64,000 nt of DNA from NCBI GenBank assembly GCA_001244265.2, contig CDLV01000012.1:1116001-1180000 (forward strand), written 5' to 3'. Below are positions 18,404 to 30,941 of this stretch, one piece after another; position 1 is the stretch's first letter, and each line of letters begins with the position of its first letter. A program made the translations under genes and the position numbers. The notes beneath the pieces are model-generated. The model was given only the letters and a program-made list of their open reading frames with translations, had not been told where the DNA came from and did no database searches. Source of the stretch: Microbotryum violaceum (taxonomy: Eukaryota).

Positions 18404-18925
18404 GATGGAGGAGGGAACGAGTAGTGGTGGTAGTGGTGGTGGTGGTGGTGCTGATGACGGCTAGTGATCTCGAAGCGGAGGTGAAGATGTGCCGAACGAG
18501 GAGTGAGTGGCCAGCCAGGGGGTAGGGCGTGAACGGGTGGGTGACTTGTGATGAGCGCTGTCCGTAGAGCGAACGGGGTCTTGGTGGTCTAGTCCTCTTT
18601 GTTTGGTAGGTGAATGAGGCGAAGCGGGGGTGGTGAACGCAGGGATGTTGTGGATATGTTGAAAGGGATAAACGCGATCGGAGTCGCCGCAGCCGCCACT
18701 CGGTTCTCGCTTCGCAGCACAGCGCAAGACAGCGCAGCACACCCAGCGCCCACCCCGAAGCGGCAACGGGCCCGTGCGCCGGTCGCTGACTCGCGCCAAG
18801 AAAACAAGGGGCCCGTGCGCGGCGCGCGCGTATCGTTTCGAAACATTTCCAACTTGAAGCCGTGTGAAGCCGACCTCTACCGCTGTGATCCACTCCGTAC
18901 ACGCAACCCGCAACAGAGCACAGTC

Positions 18926-19342
18926 ATGGTACACATCCCCAAAGTAAGTCCCATCAACTACATCCAACATTCGAACGATCCCACTCACCCTTCCTTCTCC
19001 CCTCCTGCCGTTCCCCCACAGCTCAAAGTCAAACCGCGTCGAACGGCGCACATCCAACCGTGTGCGATCGAGCTCTCGGCGATGTTGACGTGTTGGGCCG
19101 CGTCGGGCGACTTGGCCAGCGTGGACAAGTGCAAGGAATCGGCCGCGAAATTGCACGAGTGCATGCAGAAACCTGTACGTTCCTGCCAAATTCTTCGACC
19201 GCAAGCGTTGGTGGTACGAGTTCGTTTTCCCCCCCTGCTGAGGATTCTGACCTCTTTACTTGATGTTGCTCGTCACATCACACAGAAAATCGGAGGAAAA
19301 GCACGAGCTCCTACCATCAACTATCATCTATCACGCTTGTGA
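18926..19342 (+). CDS. MRP10: Mitochondrial ribosomal small-subunit protein mS37/Mrp10 (CHCH twin-Cys)
   Basis: MVHIPK|LKVKPRR..QPCAIELSAMLTCWAA..KCKESAAKLHECM..|..TINYHLSRL*; introns 18944-19021 and 19175-19285. Confidence 0.88.
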   Translation: MVHIPKVSPINYIQHSNDPTHPSFSPPAVPPQLKVKPRRTAHIQPCAIELSAMLTCWAASGDLASVDKCKESAAKLHECMQKPVRSCQILRPQALVVRVRFPPLLRILTSLLDVARHITQKIGGKARAPTINYHLSRL

Positions 19343-19587
19343 ACATACCCGACACGCGTGACGGCGTACCACACGTCCCGGCCGCAGTCCTCTCGCAAGC
19401 TCGCAACACTCGTGGACGAGCCGGATCGGACCACTTCCGCGATGTATCACCACCCTCTTTCCCTCCAGGGTCCCCTCGAAATATGTACACATGTAATGTA
19501 TAGAACCACTCCCCACCACCACCATACTGCTCGCCCGGGACTAGTCAACCCTCGAGAATCAACGGCGCTCGTAAATACAACAGTGCA

Positions 19588-22500
19588 TCATCCTCCTTTC
19601 GAGATCACCTTCCCCACCACCGCCGCTCTAACCAACTCCAACACATCAACCAAACCCTCCAAAGACCTCGTCCCTATCCTCCCCTCCCTCCTCTGACGAT
19701 CCATCTCGATCACCCTCGTGGCATATTCCTCTTTCTGTTGATTGTACTTTGGATCGACGTGTTGCGAAAGGTTGTCGTAAACGTGGACGAGCAAGACGAG
19801 GACCCTTTTGATGCAAGAAGGTTGATTGAGGTTTTCGTAGACTGGTGAGAAGGTGGGAAGGGGTCAATCACCTCGGCGAACGGGATCAACTCGTCAACGG
19901 GACGAGAACTTACTTTGCAACGCCTGTTCCAAAGCTCTGATCGCTCTGAATAGCGACCTCTCAACTGAACAATGCGAAACAAAAGAAATCCCCCCTCAGT
20001 CATAATACCATGCCGCTCTTCCTCGAGCCAATAAACTCACTTTGATCTGTCTCCAACTTGCCACCCTCCCCATCCCCATCCCCCTCTTCCCTCCCCTTTC
20101 TCAACCCTTTCAAAACCTCCAACCTCCCCCTAGTCTCCCACCCCAATCCCAAAACATCCCCGTCCCCGTCCCCATCCTCATCCCCATTAAGCTCATGAAC
20201 CCCACATCTCAAAAAACCCTCCCACTCCTCTTCCAAATCCCTCAACCCTCTCTCCGCCTCTTCCCTACTCGGTGAAATCCTAATCCTCAATTCGACCAAC
20301 CTCAACAAACCGACCAGACTCAATTTAAAACGACTTTGTTTTCGTGATGAATAAAGTGCGTTGAGCGTTGGGTTGAGCGCTAGATAAGGGGCTGAACTTT
20401 CGATAAGGTTCGAGGAAGTTACAAGTGCTTCGTGGAGGAGGGGAAGGGAAAGCTCTTTAGTAGTGGTAGTAGTATTGAACTCGGTGTGGTTTGCTTCGTC
20501 CTTGGTTCGGAGTGGGGATTTAAAGGAACGAGGTTGGATTTTGGTTACTAGCTCGAGTGTGGAATGATCTTCGAGTCGTTCGGCTTCGATATGGATCAGT
20601 TCCCAGATTAGGTTCTCCCATTCGACCAGTTCGACCAAACCCATTGTAGAACGTTTAGAGCGCGTATCGACCGCGGCGAGAAGGACCATTAGCGCTTCAG
20701 CGGTTCGATTGGATCGGGCCAACTACAGTGATAAAAGCAGGTCAGTCAATCGTACCTATCGAAAGGACGATGAAGGGGGTTGGTCAAGGGACTTACCCTT
20801 TGAGATTGGCGACACAATATAGCGATTCTGAGATCCCATTCCGTCGTCGGGTCAATCCTTGAAAAAGTAGCATGTCGATCCAATGCTTCAAGGGCCAATT
20901 CTTCCCCCACCCGACTCAAATTCGTCGAACCTGAACGCCCAAGATCAATCCTTTTGAATCAACAATTCGTTCCTTCACAAAAAAGGTAAAATATTACGTT
21001 CGTTCCTTCCCCAACTCACCAATTTGTCTCCACAATTCACTTCCCACGATCCCCATCTGAGCCTCCCATAAGTCCCCCTCTTCCCCACCTTGCACTTCCT
21101 CGCACATTCCCAATAATTCACTCAGCGGTGAAGACTTTGGATTTGGTTGAGGTCCAGTTGGGGGTGGTTTCATACCGCTCAGGGAAAGTTTTGGTGGTGG
21201 GGGAATTTGATAGGCTGTTCGGGAGGCGTAGAGGAGTGTGAAGAGGGAGGGGAGAGGGGTGGTGGAGTTTAGGCAGAGTTTCATGAGGGTGTGTAGAAGA
21301 TCGGTGGGGGTGGGTTGGGAGGTTGTTAGAACTGTTGAGAGGTGGCGTGTGGAGGGGGAGGTGAAGTCGAGGCGGGCTTTGAGACTGATGGGGATTGGGG
21401 AGGAGTCGTATGAGTTTCTATCCGATGAAGGACGGCGTCACCGTACACGTATGACTGACCTGGCTGCTGTGGCAAGACATTGTGAATCGCCGACATTCCG
21501 AGCAACTTGAATCGCTTCGTTCAATGCCTGTCGAGTTGGAAGTCATATAAAGGTCAGTTCAGAAAGAACCCTCCACGATGGGCTGAAGGTCTCTTACTTC
21601 ACGCGCAGCGATATAACCTTGATGCGTGTATTCGAGGAACGCCAAGTTGAGTAAAGCGGTTTGAGGTCTTCCTTTCCTATTTTCTCGGATTACAACCGTT
21701 GTGCAAGGATGATCTCGTCAGCGCCTCAGGAACCAAGCACGCAGCCACTTTGTCCGAAACTCACATAAGGCCACCGGATCCATCGTCCAAATCGTAATAG
21801 GCAAGTGCATCCTTCATCCCTTGATAATCTGCGCAAGCTCTTGCATCTCGATAGCTGCAATCGTGCGACCGAGGGGGAACCAGGTCAAGTTCCCTTTTCG
21901 AAGCGACCGATCGCATTCTCCTAAAAAAAGCCAAGCTGTCAAAGTTTTGCTCACCTCTGAGCGACAAGTTCCCTCGTCGTACTCTCCCTGCCTGTTACAC
22001 CTTTCTTTCCTCTCAAGGTCGTAGGTAGTGAAATCCCACACCATTTGTTTACGTCTTCCCACCATTTCACGGCTTGGTCGAACGACAATTGTGAAAAAGT
22101 GAGTCGGAATCGACGGATAAAGAGTGCCAAAGGGGATAAACGATGAAGCACGGTGTTGGTTAGAGAGGCCTGTGGATGGGAACATAAACTTTTAAATGCG
22201 CCGTACGTTAATTTGGCATGTAAATGTAACCTACCTCATCTTCCTCCGTCGACGGATATAGCCGTTTTAATTCTGTAAAAGCCAGGTGACTCGAAGAGTG
22301 GGGGGCGAATCAGCAACGTTTCTTGCTAGAGCGATTCGAGTAGGCAAAGAGTCGTCTTTACCTTGTAACCAAGAATGAAACATATCCAATCCATTCCTTG
22401 CCAAAGCCAAAGTCTATCAAACCCCAAAGCAACGGTCATGTGAGTCATTCTCTGTATCACTCCGCCCCTGGCCATTCGCGCGCGCGCCGCGACGCGTTCG

Positions 22501-22815
22501 AAACCCAACTAAACTACTCATCCTCTCCAACATGAGATCGCCAACCTTAGGAAAACTCACCGATTCCAATATGACCGTTTTCAATTCCGTTCTTAAAACC
22601 TTACACTGGTCCCCTCCAACACTATCATCTTGATCGATCCTTCGCACCCATTCGTTCACTCCTTTGGGAGGATCGACTTCATAGAGACAGCCTAGACAGA
22701 GTTCGAGGATCGAGTCTTGGATCGGGGATGTGGAGAGGACACTCGTAGGTAGGAGGGTTATGAGTATCAAGGTGGGTATTTGGGAAGGGTGTAGTGCGGG
22801 TGTGGTCGGGGGCAT
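19588..22815 (-). CDS. APC5: Anaphase-promoting complex subunit 5-like TPR protein, many exons
   Basis: N-terminus MPPTTPALHPSQI; central ADYQGMKDALAYYD..PQTALLNLAFLEY..ALNEAIQVARNVGDSQCL resembles the ANAPC5 domain. Exon boundaries are only partly resolved. Confidence 0.72.
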
Positions 22816-23244
22816 GGGGTTTTGCTGGACGGGTTGCAGTGGTGGAGCAGAAGCGGGAGCAGAGTAACGCGCGAGGAAGGTTGTCGGTCGACTTGGGCTG
22901 AGATGAGCTTTGACGCCGAGGAAAACGGCTGAGAGGTTCGTGATGGCATAAAGCTCGATTCTTTGAAAGTAAACAATCCAAACGGTCTGCCAGTGTTGAA
23001 GTTTTCAGACCACCTTCCATCGTTTCAACTTGGACTCTTTTCGAACTTTGGGGGCTGTTCCAAGTGTGCATCCGACTTGTAACCCCACTTGGGCCTTGCC
23101 CCAAGTTTGCGCCAATGATCCTCATCTTGCTTATGATTACATTTTTTTTTTTGCACAAGGACAAAAGGCAACAGGGGATTTGCGCTCGTCCCATCTCGGC
23201 GTCTAACTAGCTCCGATTCGTCTCTCGCTGAGCGATTGCTCGTT

Positions 23245-24165
23245 TCAGGCAAACTGTAAAGAAGGAGAACAGATTCAGCAATTCTGACCTTGTCCAAGAC
23301 AATCGTTTCGTCGACTGACTGTGGACAGAAAGGACTCTGCGACGATACGTGCCCGAGCGTTCAGCGATAGTTTTGCTTCCGAGATTTCCTTGTCGACGGC
23401 TGCGTAGTCGGTGCAGTGGTGGGGGCAGGAGGTCAGTATACAGTATTCGGCATTCGTTGTTTAATGATAATCGCACCTTCCATGAATCTATGGACGAAAA
23501 CAGAGAGTGTGTGTCAGTCGATCTGTTCTTATACCGCGCCCCTCGTGCTGGATCGGACCGCACTCACTCGATGACGAAATCGACCAACTTGTGCTTCATC
23601 ATCTCGTCGACGTTCTTGTTCGTAATCAAGAAACTGATATCGTAACCCTTGACGGGAACCCTCCTGAGCACGACGAACGCTTCGGCGCGCATCATGAGGA
23701 AGCGGGTGAATTTATGGGCTAGGATGCGTTCAATGTCGTCGGCTTGTTTGATGCGGATCGAGAGTCGGACCGAGTTGATGGAAGATTCGATGAGCACTTG
23801 TTCGGACGCGTTGCGGGAGATTACGAGGGGGGTGAGGAGGACTTCGGGAGTGGATCTGTTAGGTGGGTGGGGTGGGGGAGAGGGGAGGAGCGACGGGTCA
23901 GAGAGGGAGAGAGAGAGAGAGAGAGAGAGTACGTGTCAGCCGATCCGATAGAGTACAGTAATACAGGCTGACTGCTCACCTTGCTTCAATTTCGGCGACG
24001 TTGTGTCGTTCCGAGACTTGGGAAGGGAACGCTTCGAGCGTCAACGCGGCGGTCAACGTCGACCGAACACAGGCCAGGTAAGGTCGAAGTGTGTTGGACT
24101 GCAAGAGAAAAGTCTAGGGTCAGTTTGGGCTTCTGGAATTGCTGCTTTTTGTTGCGGCTAACCAT
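23245..24165 (-). CDS. ARC19: Arp2/3 complex subunit 4 (ARPC4)
   Basis: [24 protein letters not shown]..|..[76 protein letters not shown]. Confidence 0.96.
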
Positions 24166-24423
24166 GATCGGGTCCGTCTACGCGCAAGTCGTGGGGTGTT
24201 TCGCGCCAATGGGATGAACAAGGTCAAGGCTCGAGGGCACAAGCGCCGAGTGACGACGCCGAAGCACGCCGAAGCACGCCGAGAGTAGCACTAATGAGCA
24301 TTAAAGAAGCGACAGGAAGCGCTTCAATCGCGATTAGCTCAGCTCTTTCAAGCTCTTGCCTCTGCTCGCCTCGGTACATCCTGCATCATTTGCGCTTCCA
24401 TCAACGCAATAACATTTCTCAAA

Positions 24424-25375
24424 ATGCAGGTATGCCCCACCGACACCCCGTCTCATCCCACTTTACCTCTTCCACCTAACCCCCCCTTTCCTGCGCTCTT
24501 TATCTTTCTCATTCGCAGACGATCGATCCGCGAGCCGGTCTCTTGTGCAACCACGAAGTGCTCACCATCCTGCGTCAACAACGCGACGACCGAGCGAACC
24601 AAATCAAGAAATTGACCCAACAAAAGGCCAAAAGGGTCGCCGCGTTGAAGAGAAAGGCCTACCCTAACGAGGAAGAGGACGAAGAGCGGGATCGCCTTCA
24701 GCCGCAGGACTTGCATACCGTCACTTTTGAGGTGCGTGGGGGGAAGGTGAAGATCTTTGGGCAGAATTCTCATCTGGGACCCATCTTCATCCAGACGATC
24801 AAGTTCCTCCAAGACCCGACCCATCCTCACCTCCGTCAAACGACGAGCTCGGTGCAACAACTCTTGGACAAGTTGGAACAGTTGGATTTGACCAAGGCCG
24901 AGAGGTTGCAAATCGTCAATCTCGCGCCTACCAAACTCATCCACTTTGTATTGGTCAGTCGGGATGACCTTACCAATTCTCTCAACCGGCGGCTGATCTT
25001 TTGCTCTCTCCCGGGACTTGCAAGTCGGTCGATGAATTCGAAGAACGTTTTCCCGGTCAAGAAGAGCGGGATCATTTACTCGCGATCGTACGAGATCATC
25101 TCTCGGCCGAACCGGCGATAGAACCCATCTCGCGCAGCAACGATCATCATCCCCCTTCCACGACCAACAACAAAGTCTCCTCAGACGCCCGGGGAACTTT
25201 TCTTTCCTCTTCCCGCAAGCACACGACGACGCATGTGGTGGAGGAAGAGTATGAGGATGATATGGCTTTGGACGAAGCGACGAGGGACGAGTTGGACGCG
25301 GCGAACGAGTTGATGGATGAAGGGATGGGCGAAGGGGGGATGGAGGATGTGGGTAAGGAATTGGATGAGGATTAA
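24424..25375 (+). CDS. RPC17: RNA polymerase III subunit Rpc17/RPC9 (Rpb4-like fold)
   Basis: MQ|TIDPRAGLLCNHEVL..LTKAERLQIVNLAP..|VDEFEERF; acidic tail. Confidence 0.85.
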
Positions 25376-26276
25376 GGCGGGGTTTAGTGAGTGATGGAAG
25401 GGACACGACACTTTTCTTTGTTATATTGTTGTAGAACCATGCAGAAATGAACATCCCCTCTGGACGTGCACCCGAGGGAGACAAGAATGAACCTTCCGTT
25501 TAGCGCTTTGAACGACTGGTAATAACGAATTAGCCTCCACGCGCGCAAGGGCAGGGCCCGCTCCTCTTGGGGGTGCTCGCTTCGGGCTCACTGCTCAGCC
25601 CGCGCTCAGCCTCGAACTTTGATCGTGCGATTAGCTTGAAACGGACCGACTTTGACCCGTTCCGTCTCTCGAAGCCCGACCGCCCACGCTGTCTCGCCTG
25701 ACGTTTTCGAGAAGGAAGGACCCTCTCGACGGGGGTCCGTCGTCGTCATCGTCATCGTCATCGTCGCCTTCTACCACGACCAATGGCGCCGGCGGCACTT
25801 TGTCGAGCAGCGCTCATCACGGCTCACAGACGCAGCCACGACCCGCATGGAACACGAATACGAGAGCGAGTGGTACGGGTACGGGTGGTGGACTAGGAGG
25901 AGGAGCTGGTCATTCTGCACCACCCGCTGTATCGATCGCAGGCGGTTTGGCGACGTCGCAGTTCCCACCGCCTAGCTCGACCTTGCAGCCGACCACACGC
26001 CACGAACACCGCATCAACTCGCACCACCAACACCACCACCACCATCACCATCACAGCCCCAACAGCCCGCATCATTCGTCGCACCGTGGCCCTCTTTATT
26101 CGCGCGAGAATGACGACGACGGCAGCACGACGACGACGACGACGACGACGACGAGCAATAACCCCAATAACCCCGCCGCGGCTCAGGGCCACTCGAACGA
26201 TCGTCACCACCATTCTTCGTCCAGTCAGCACCATTATGACAAGGTCGCCAGTGCTTCCACCGCCGTCGATAGGGTC

Positions 26277-29200
26277 ATGGCCATGCTCGATGGATTCGAG
26301 GTGAGTATTCGGCTTGCGACTCTTGGCAGGCGCGCGACGCTCCCCATTGTCGAGCGAGAGCCGCGTGCCCGAATCACAGCGCTCGCAGCAGCATACACCG
26401 AGTCGATGGCCATCCCACGCGTCGTGTTCCGTGTGGCATCGCGCCTGCTTTGACCACGGCAGTGGCATCATCGCGTACATGGGTTGATGAGCCCTTTTTT
26501 TGGCTGACTTGAGCGAGCGAGCGTGTATTCTACGGACCCATAGGATGATATGGATTGTCCGCTCTGCCTCGAAGAAATGGATCTTTCCGATCTCAACTTC
26601 AAGCCGTGCCCTTGTGGATATCAGGTGCGTGACTTGCCCCCCCCCCCCCCCCCCCGTACACGCTGCCGCTCGTACTCTGCACGCGGCCCGAACTGCTCGG
26701 CGCATGCACTCACTCACGCGACACCCGTGCTTTTGCACGAGGCACAACATCTGACTCGTTACCTCGACCTTTTCGGCCCATCCGCATGCTTGGTCACAGA
26801 TTTGTCGATTCTGCTATCATCATATCAAGGAGAACCTCAACAATCGCTGCCCCGCCTGTCGTACACCGTACGATGACAAGACCGTCGAATTCAAGGCCGT
26901 CAAGCCCGAAGAGTAGGTGCTCGCAGCTTTCCTCGCCTTCAAAGACCCCGAGCAGCTCATTCTCTCACCCCCTCATCTTACCAGGCTGAAACGATTGCAA
27001 GCTGCCAAAAAGTTACGCGACAAGAGGCGCAAGGACGAGGAGCTGTCGGTCAAGAATCGCGCGAATGTGCGTGTGCGCCAACGCGCGCAGGTCCATGTCC
27101 AAGGCATGACGACAAAGATTGCCAACGAGGATGTGAGTACTTCATCTGTTATAACCCATCTTCGGCGCTGACGAGCCAAATTTGCCTCTCTTTCAGACTC
27201 TGGCGTATTTGAAGGGATCCGAGCAGTTCGGCCAGTACGGTAAAGTGGTCAAACTCTTCATGTCGAAACGAACGACGCCCGTCGCACCTTCGCAATCGTC
27301 GACTGCGCAACATGCCCACTTCCAACCCGTCAACGTCTACGTCAGCTATCGGACCCCGGCCGAAGCTTCGGCCTGCATCGCCGCGATCGATGGCACGACG
27401 ACTTCGGATGGGCACAAACTCAAGGCGATTTGGGGGACGACGAGATATTGCCCTACCTACCTCAAGGGTTTGAAATGCAACAACGATAGTTGTATGCAGG
27501 CGCATGAACCTGGGGAAGAGATTGAAGGTGCTGGACCGGCGAGTAGGGAAGAGATTTACGCCTAGTAAGTCTATTACAAGCGCGATCGAATTTGCAATTT
27601 CGAACGGAGGATCTGATCGTGATTCATGGCACATTTGTAGCCATGCCGTGTCGGACAGCGAACAGCCTCGGAAGAAGGACTCGTTGGGCACGATTCGAAC
27701 GAACACCGTCGATGCCAAGTTACCAGCAACTGCCTCTTGGGCCTCCAAGAATGGCGCACCGATACAACCCATCATACCGAACCCTTCGTTCTCGCTTCAA
27801 CAGACGACCTCTTCGACCTCGACTCCTCTCGCAGCCAAACCTAGCACCCCGTCTAGACAGAACAGCAGCGCCGCCACCACCTCTTTGACCCCCAAACCTC
27901 CGACGACCCATCCTCTCCCGTCCAAACCCGTTCTCGCTCGACCGAACTCGATCGATACGACGCGGAAAGAAGCCGCAGTGTCATCTTCGCCAGCGGCGGC
28001 TGTCGAAGCCCCTTTTTCAATCCTCCCTACCTCCTCGACTCCAGCTACTACTGCTTCCATTTCCGCCGACGCGACACCGCAGCTCGTTGATCCGATCGCT
28101 TCTTCCTCCTCGACATCCGCTCCCATCTTGAGCCCGGGCACGACGCAAGAGAACGGACATGCGCCGAACGGAATGCCGACGGCGCAGACGGTCACACCTC
28201 CGCGTCCTCGATCGCCGAGCCCGGTACCGCACGTTTTCCCCGAGCTCGAATTTGGCGATGGTGGATTCAGCTTTAGTTTCGACTTGGACACCAAGGGCAA
28301 GGGGAGAGCCTTTTCGGATGGCGTGTTCGATGATCGTGGGGGTGCGTTGCATCAACAGCAACTGCAGCAGCAACAACAACATCTATGGCAGCAGCAGAAG
28401 CGCGTGGCGTCGCCGTTCGGGTTCCAGTCCGAGTGGGAAGCAGGTGTGCGCCGAAGGGAACCGCTCGCGTTCGATACGACCAACATGTTCACCAGCATCC
28501 CATCCTACATGGGTTCGTTTGACCCATTCGCCGATACGAGCAATTCGTTCGAGGTCGCACCTTCTTCGCATTCACAGCACCACCATCCGCATGACGAGTT
28601 GCGTTCGGAAACGCCTTCGCCTACACCTTCGTTCGATGATCAGTCCCGTCGTGGGTCGAGGTTTGGTTTCGCCCGTCGTTCGAGTTCGAACTTTGGAGTC
28701 AAGAATGGGGAACTGGCTTCGGCGTTGGCTCGCTCGGCGTTCGCTGAGACGGGGGGTCGTCATTCACCGGCTTCGTTCACGCCTCCACCGCCTGGGATTG
28801 GGATGCCGATGCACTCGGGTGGGTTAGCGGCGCAGCAGCCGACCAGGTCGTTGTCGTCTTCGTCCTCGCTCGGATTCGGTTTCCGTTCCCACCTCGATGG
28901 GTCCCAACATCGTGCGACGATTCACAATGGGGAACTATGGCACACTTCAGCTTCCTCGGCTTTCCCACCCGGTGTCGTGCGATCATTGGCCACAGCGACG
29001 TCCTCTCCTTCCTCTTTATCGTCTCCACAACTCTCTCCTCGCGTAAGAGCAGGCATGATCTACGGAGGCAACAATGGAACAGGAGCGACGTCCACTCCAC
29101 CGGGTGTAGGCGTAGGAGGGATGAACATCGGTTCCGTCACTGCGAACGCTGCCTTACCCCCCGGTATCTCATTGAATCGATCTTCGGCCATCGCCGCGGC

Positions 29201-29672
29201 TTCGTTCCCTTTACCTCCTCCCGCACCGAGGACGGTCAGTGGTTCGACGGGGGAAAAGGTCGATTTGTTGGCGCTTATTGCGGCGGCTCAGGCTTCCTCG
29301 GGTGCCAAGGCGCATCAACAACAACAGCAGCAACAGCAGATGCAACAACAACAGCAGCAGCAGCAGCAGCAGAAAGCTGCGTTCCTCGCTCAGCTCGCCG
29401 CCGGTGGTGGAGGAGGAGGAGGAGGAGGGAACAACGACGGACACAAGTCGACGCCTTCATTCTCCGACCCTGCGATCCTCAACGCCCGTTTGGCAGCCAA
29501 CGCACCTCTTCCACCTCCCCCCAACGCACCTTACGGAACCAACGCCTCGACTGGCAAATACCTCGATAACGGAGGAGGTCTCTTCGGCTCCGCACCCGGT
29601 GGTGGTGGTGGTTCGACCTTGTTCGCTCCTCCCGGTGTGACGAGGGCTCAAGCTCAACCGAGGCGTGCTTGA
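26277..29672 (+). CDS. NOT4: CCR4-NOT E3 ligase Not4/Mot2 (C4C4 RING, RRM, CCCH-like region, long low-complexity tail)
   Basis: MAMLDGFE|DDMDCPLCLEEMDLSDLNFKPCPCGYQ|ICRFCYHHIKENLNNRCPACR; NVRVRQ; FGQYGKVVK; GTTRYCPTYLKGLKCNNDSCMQAHE. First in-frame ATG used; the true start may lie upstream. Confidence 0.93.
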
Positions 29673-30941
29673 TTTCGAGGGAGGAGCTCTGGGTGTGATT
29701 GATTCTGCGTGTGTGGCTCTATGTTCTTCGTTCCTGTTCCTGTTCGCGAATTCGCTCTCTCCCTTCCCCTCCTCTTTTTTCGAATGTCTCTTTTGCCCCT
29801 CCCGTCCCCGTGTTTACTGCCCCCTCCCTCACAACCTTTCCACTTGACCCCCCCCCCCCCATTTTCTCCTTCGTTTCCTTTGCTCTCAACTTCATCTCAT
29901 CCTCTGAAATCTCTCATCCCATTTTCTCACCCTTTTCCTTTCGTGAAAAAAATGGACACAGAAAAAAATCTCTTTTCCCCGAAAATGCCTGATCGTCCAT
30001 TTCCTTCGATGGCTTTGGCTTTTAAAAACCGTACAAGGTCGGAAGTGTTATGACATTGTCGATTCTGAGAAGGATCATCTGAACCTTGCCGTCTTTCGAT
30101 GCCCGATCGGTACTCCTTCACGAGCGCTCATCAACTCGTCGATCCTATACCTAGGTCCGGAGATCACCAGGGAATGAATCGATAGGGGGCCAACTTGAAC
30201 TGGTCTCGGGAACTGGATCTCACTGCATACGAGCCCGGCAGGGCCTGTGTTGGCGATCAAGGTGAAACGCGAGGAAAAAGTGGTACTTTACTTTCATTGT
30301 TCCTCGAAAAGAAGCTGTGCAAGCGATTTTGGGATCAAGTGAGGATGTGGAGGTTGACTTAAGTTATCGCTGTACGTTAGAAGTTAATGTTCAGAAATAG
30401 GCGAGTACGAGCTGAGTAAGCGACCGACCCAACTTTGCACGCCTCGACACCTCGCATGCGTATGTCCGCCGCCCGGCATCAAAGCCTTTCGTCGTTAGCT
30501 CATTTGCCAGTGGACGAGCTGCTGACTTCCGCATCATATGAATAGATTCGCCTTTTGCTCACAACCCGCTTGGGTCCCCCTCGCTTCCAGGACAGGCTTT
30601 GAACCCTCCTTCCCGTGAGTGCTGTTTGGCGGTCTCGCTGGGTTCGAGTCGTTGTCTGTTGTCGCGTGCAGCATCGCGCAAATCTGACCCCTTTGCCTCC
30701 ACACCCTGTACAGCCTCCACCTCCAACGCCCCAATCGCCTTTCCGAATGCCCCATTTTATAGCAATCAATCCTACCCGCACCGTCGGGACTCTGCCCCGC
30801 TAGGTCATCCACACTTCACTCCCGCGTACACCGCAAACATTGGACGCGACGAATCCCACTATCCGGCGGCCTCGCCAGCGGACCACGCGTACCCCTTGGC
30901 TGCCTTTTCCGACCAAGGGCCCCACAAATTTGTTATGGGCA

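Noticed and set aside
19331-19342. C-terminal SRL on Mrp10 as a peroxisomal signal
   Set aside because: It is part of the family's conserved INYHL.RL ending in a mitochondrial ribosomal protein.
29318-29430. Poly-Gln and poly-Gly tracts in Not4
   Set aside because: Ordinary trinucleotide low-complexity sequence in a disordered tail.
30625-30652. GGTTCGAGTC B-box-like sequence as a tRNA or SINE
   Set aside because: No cloverleaf, acceptor stem or convincing A box.
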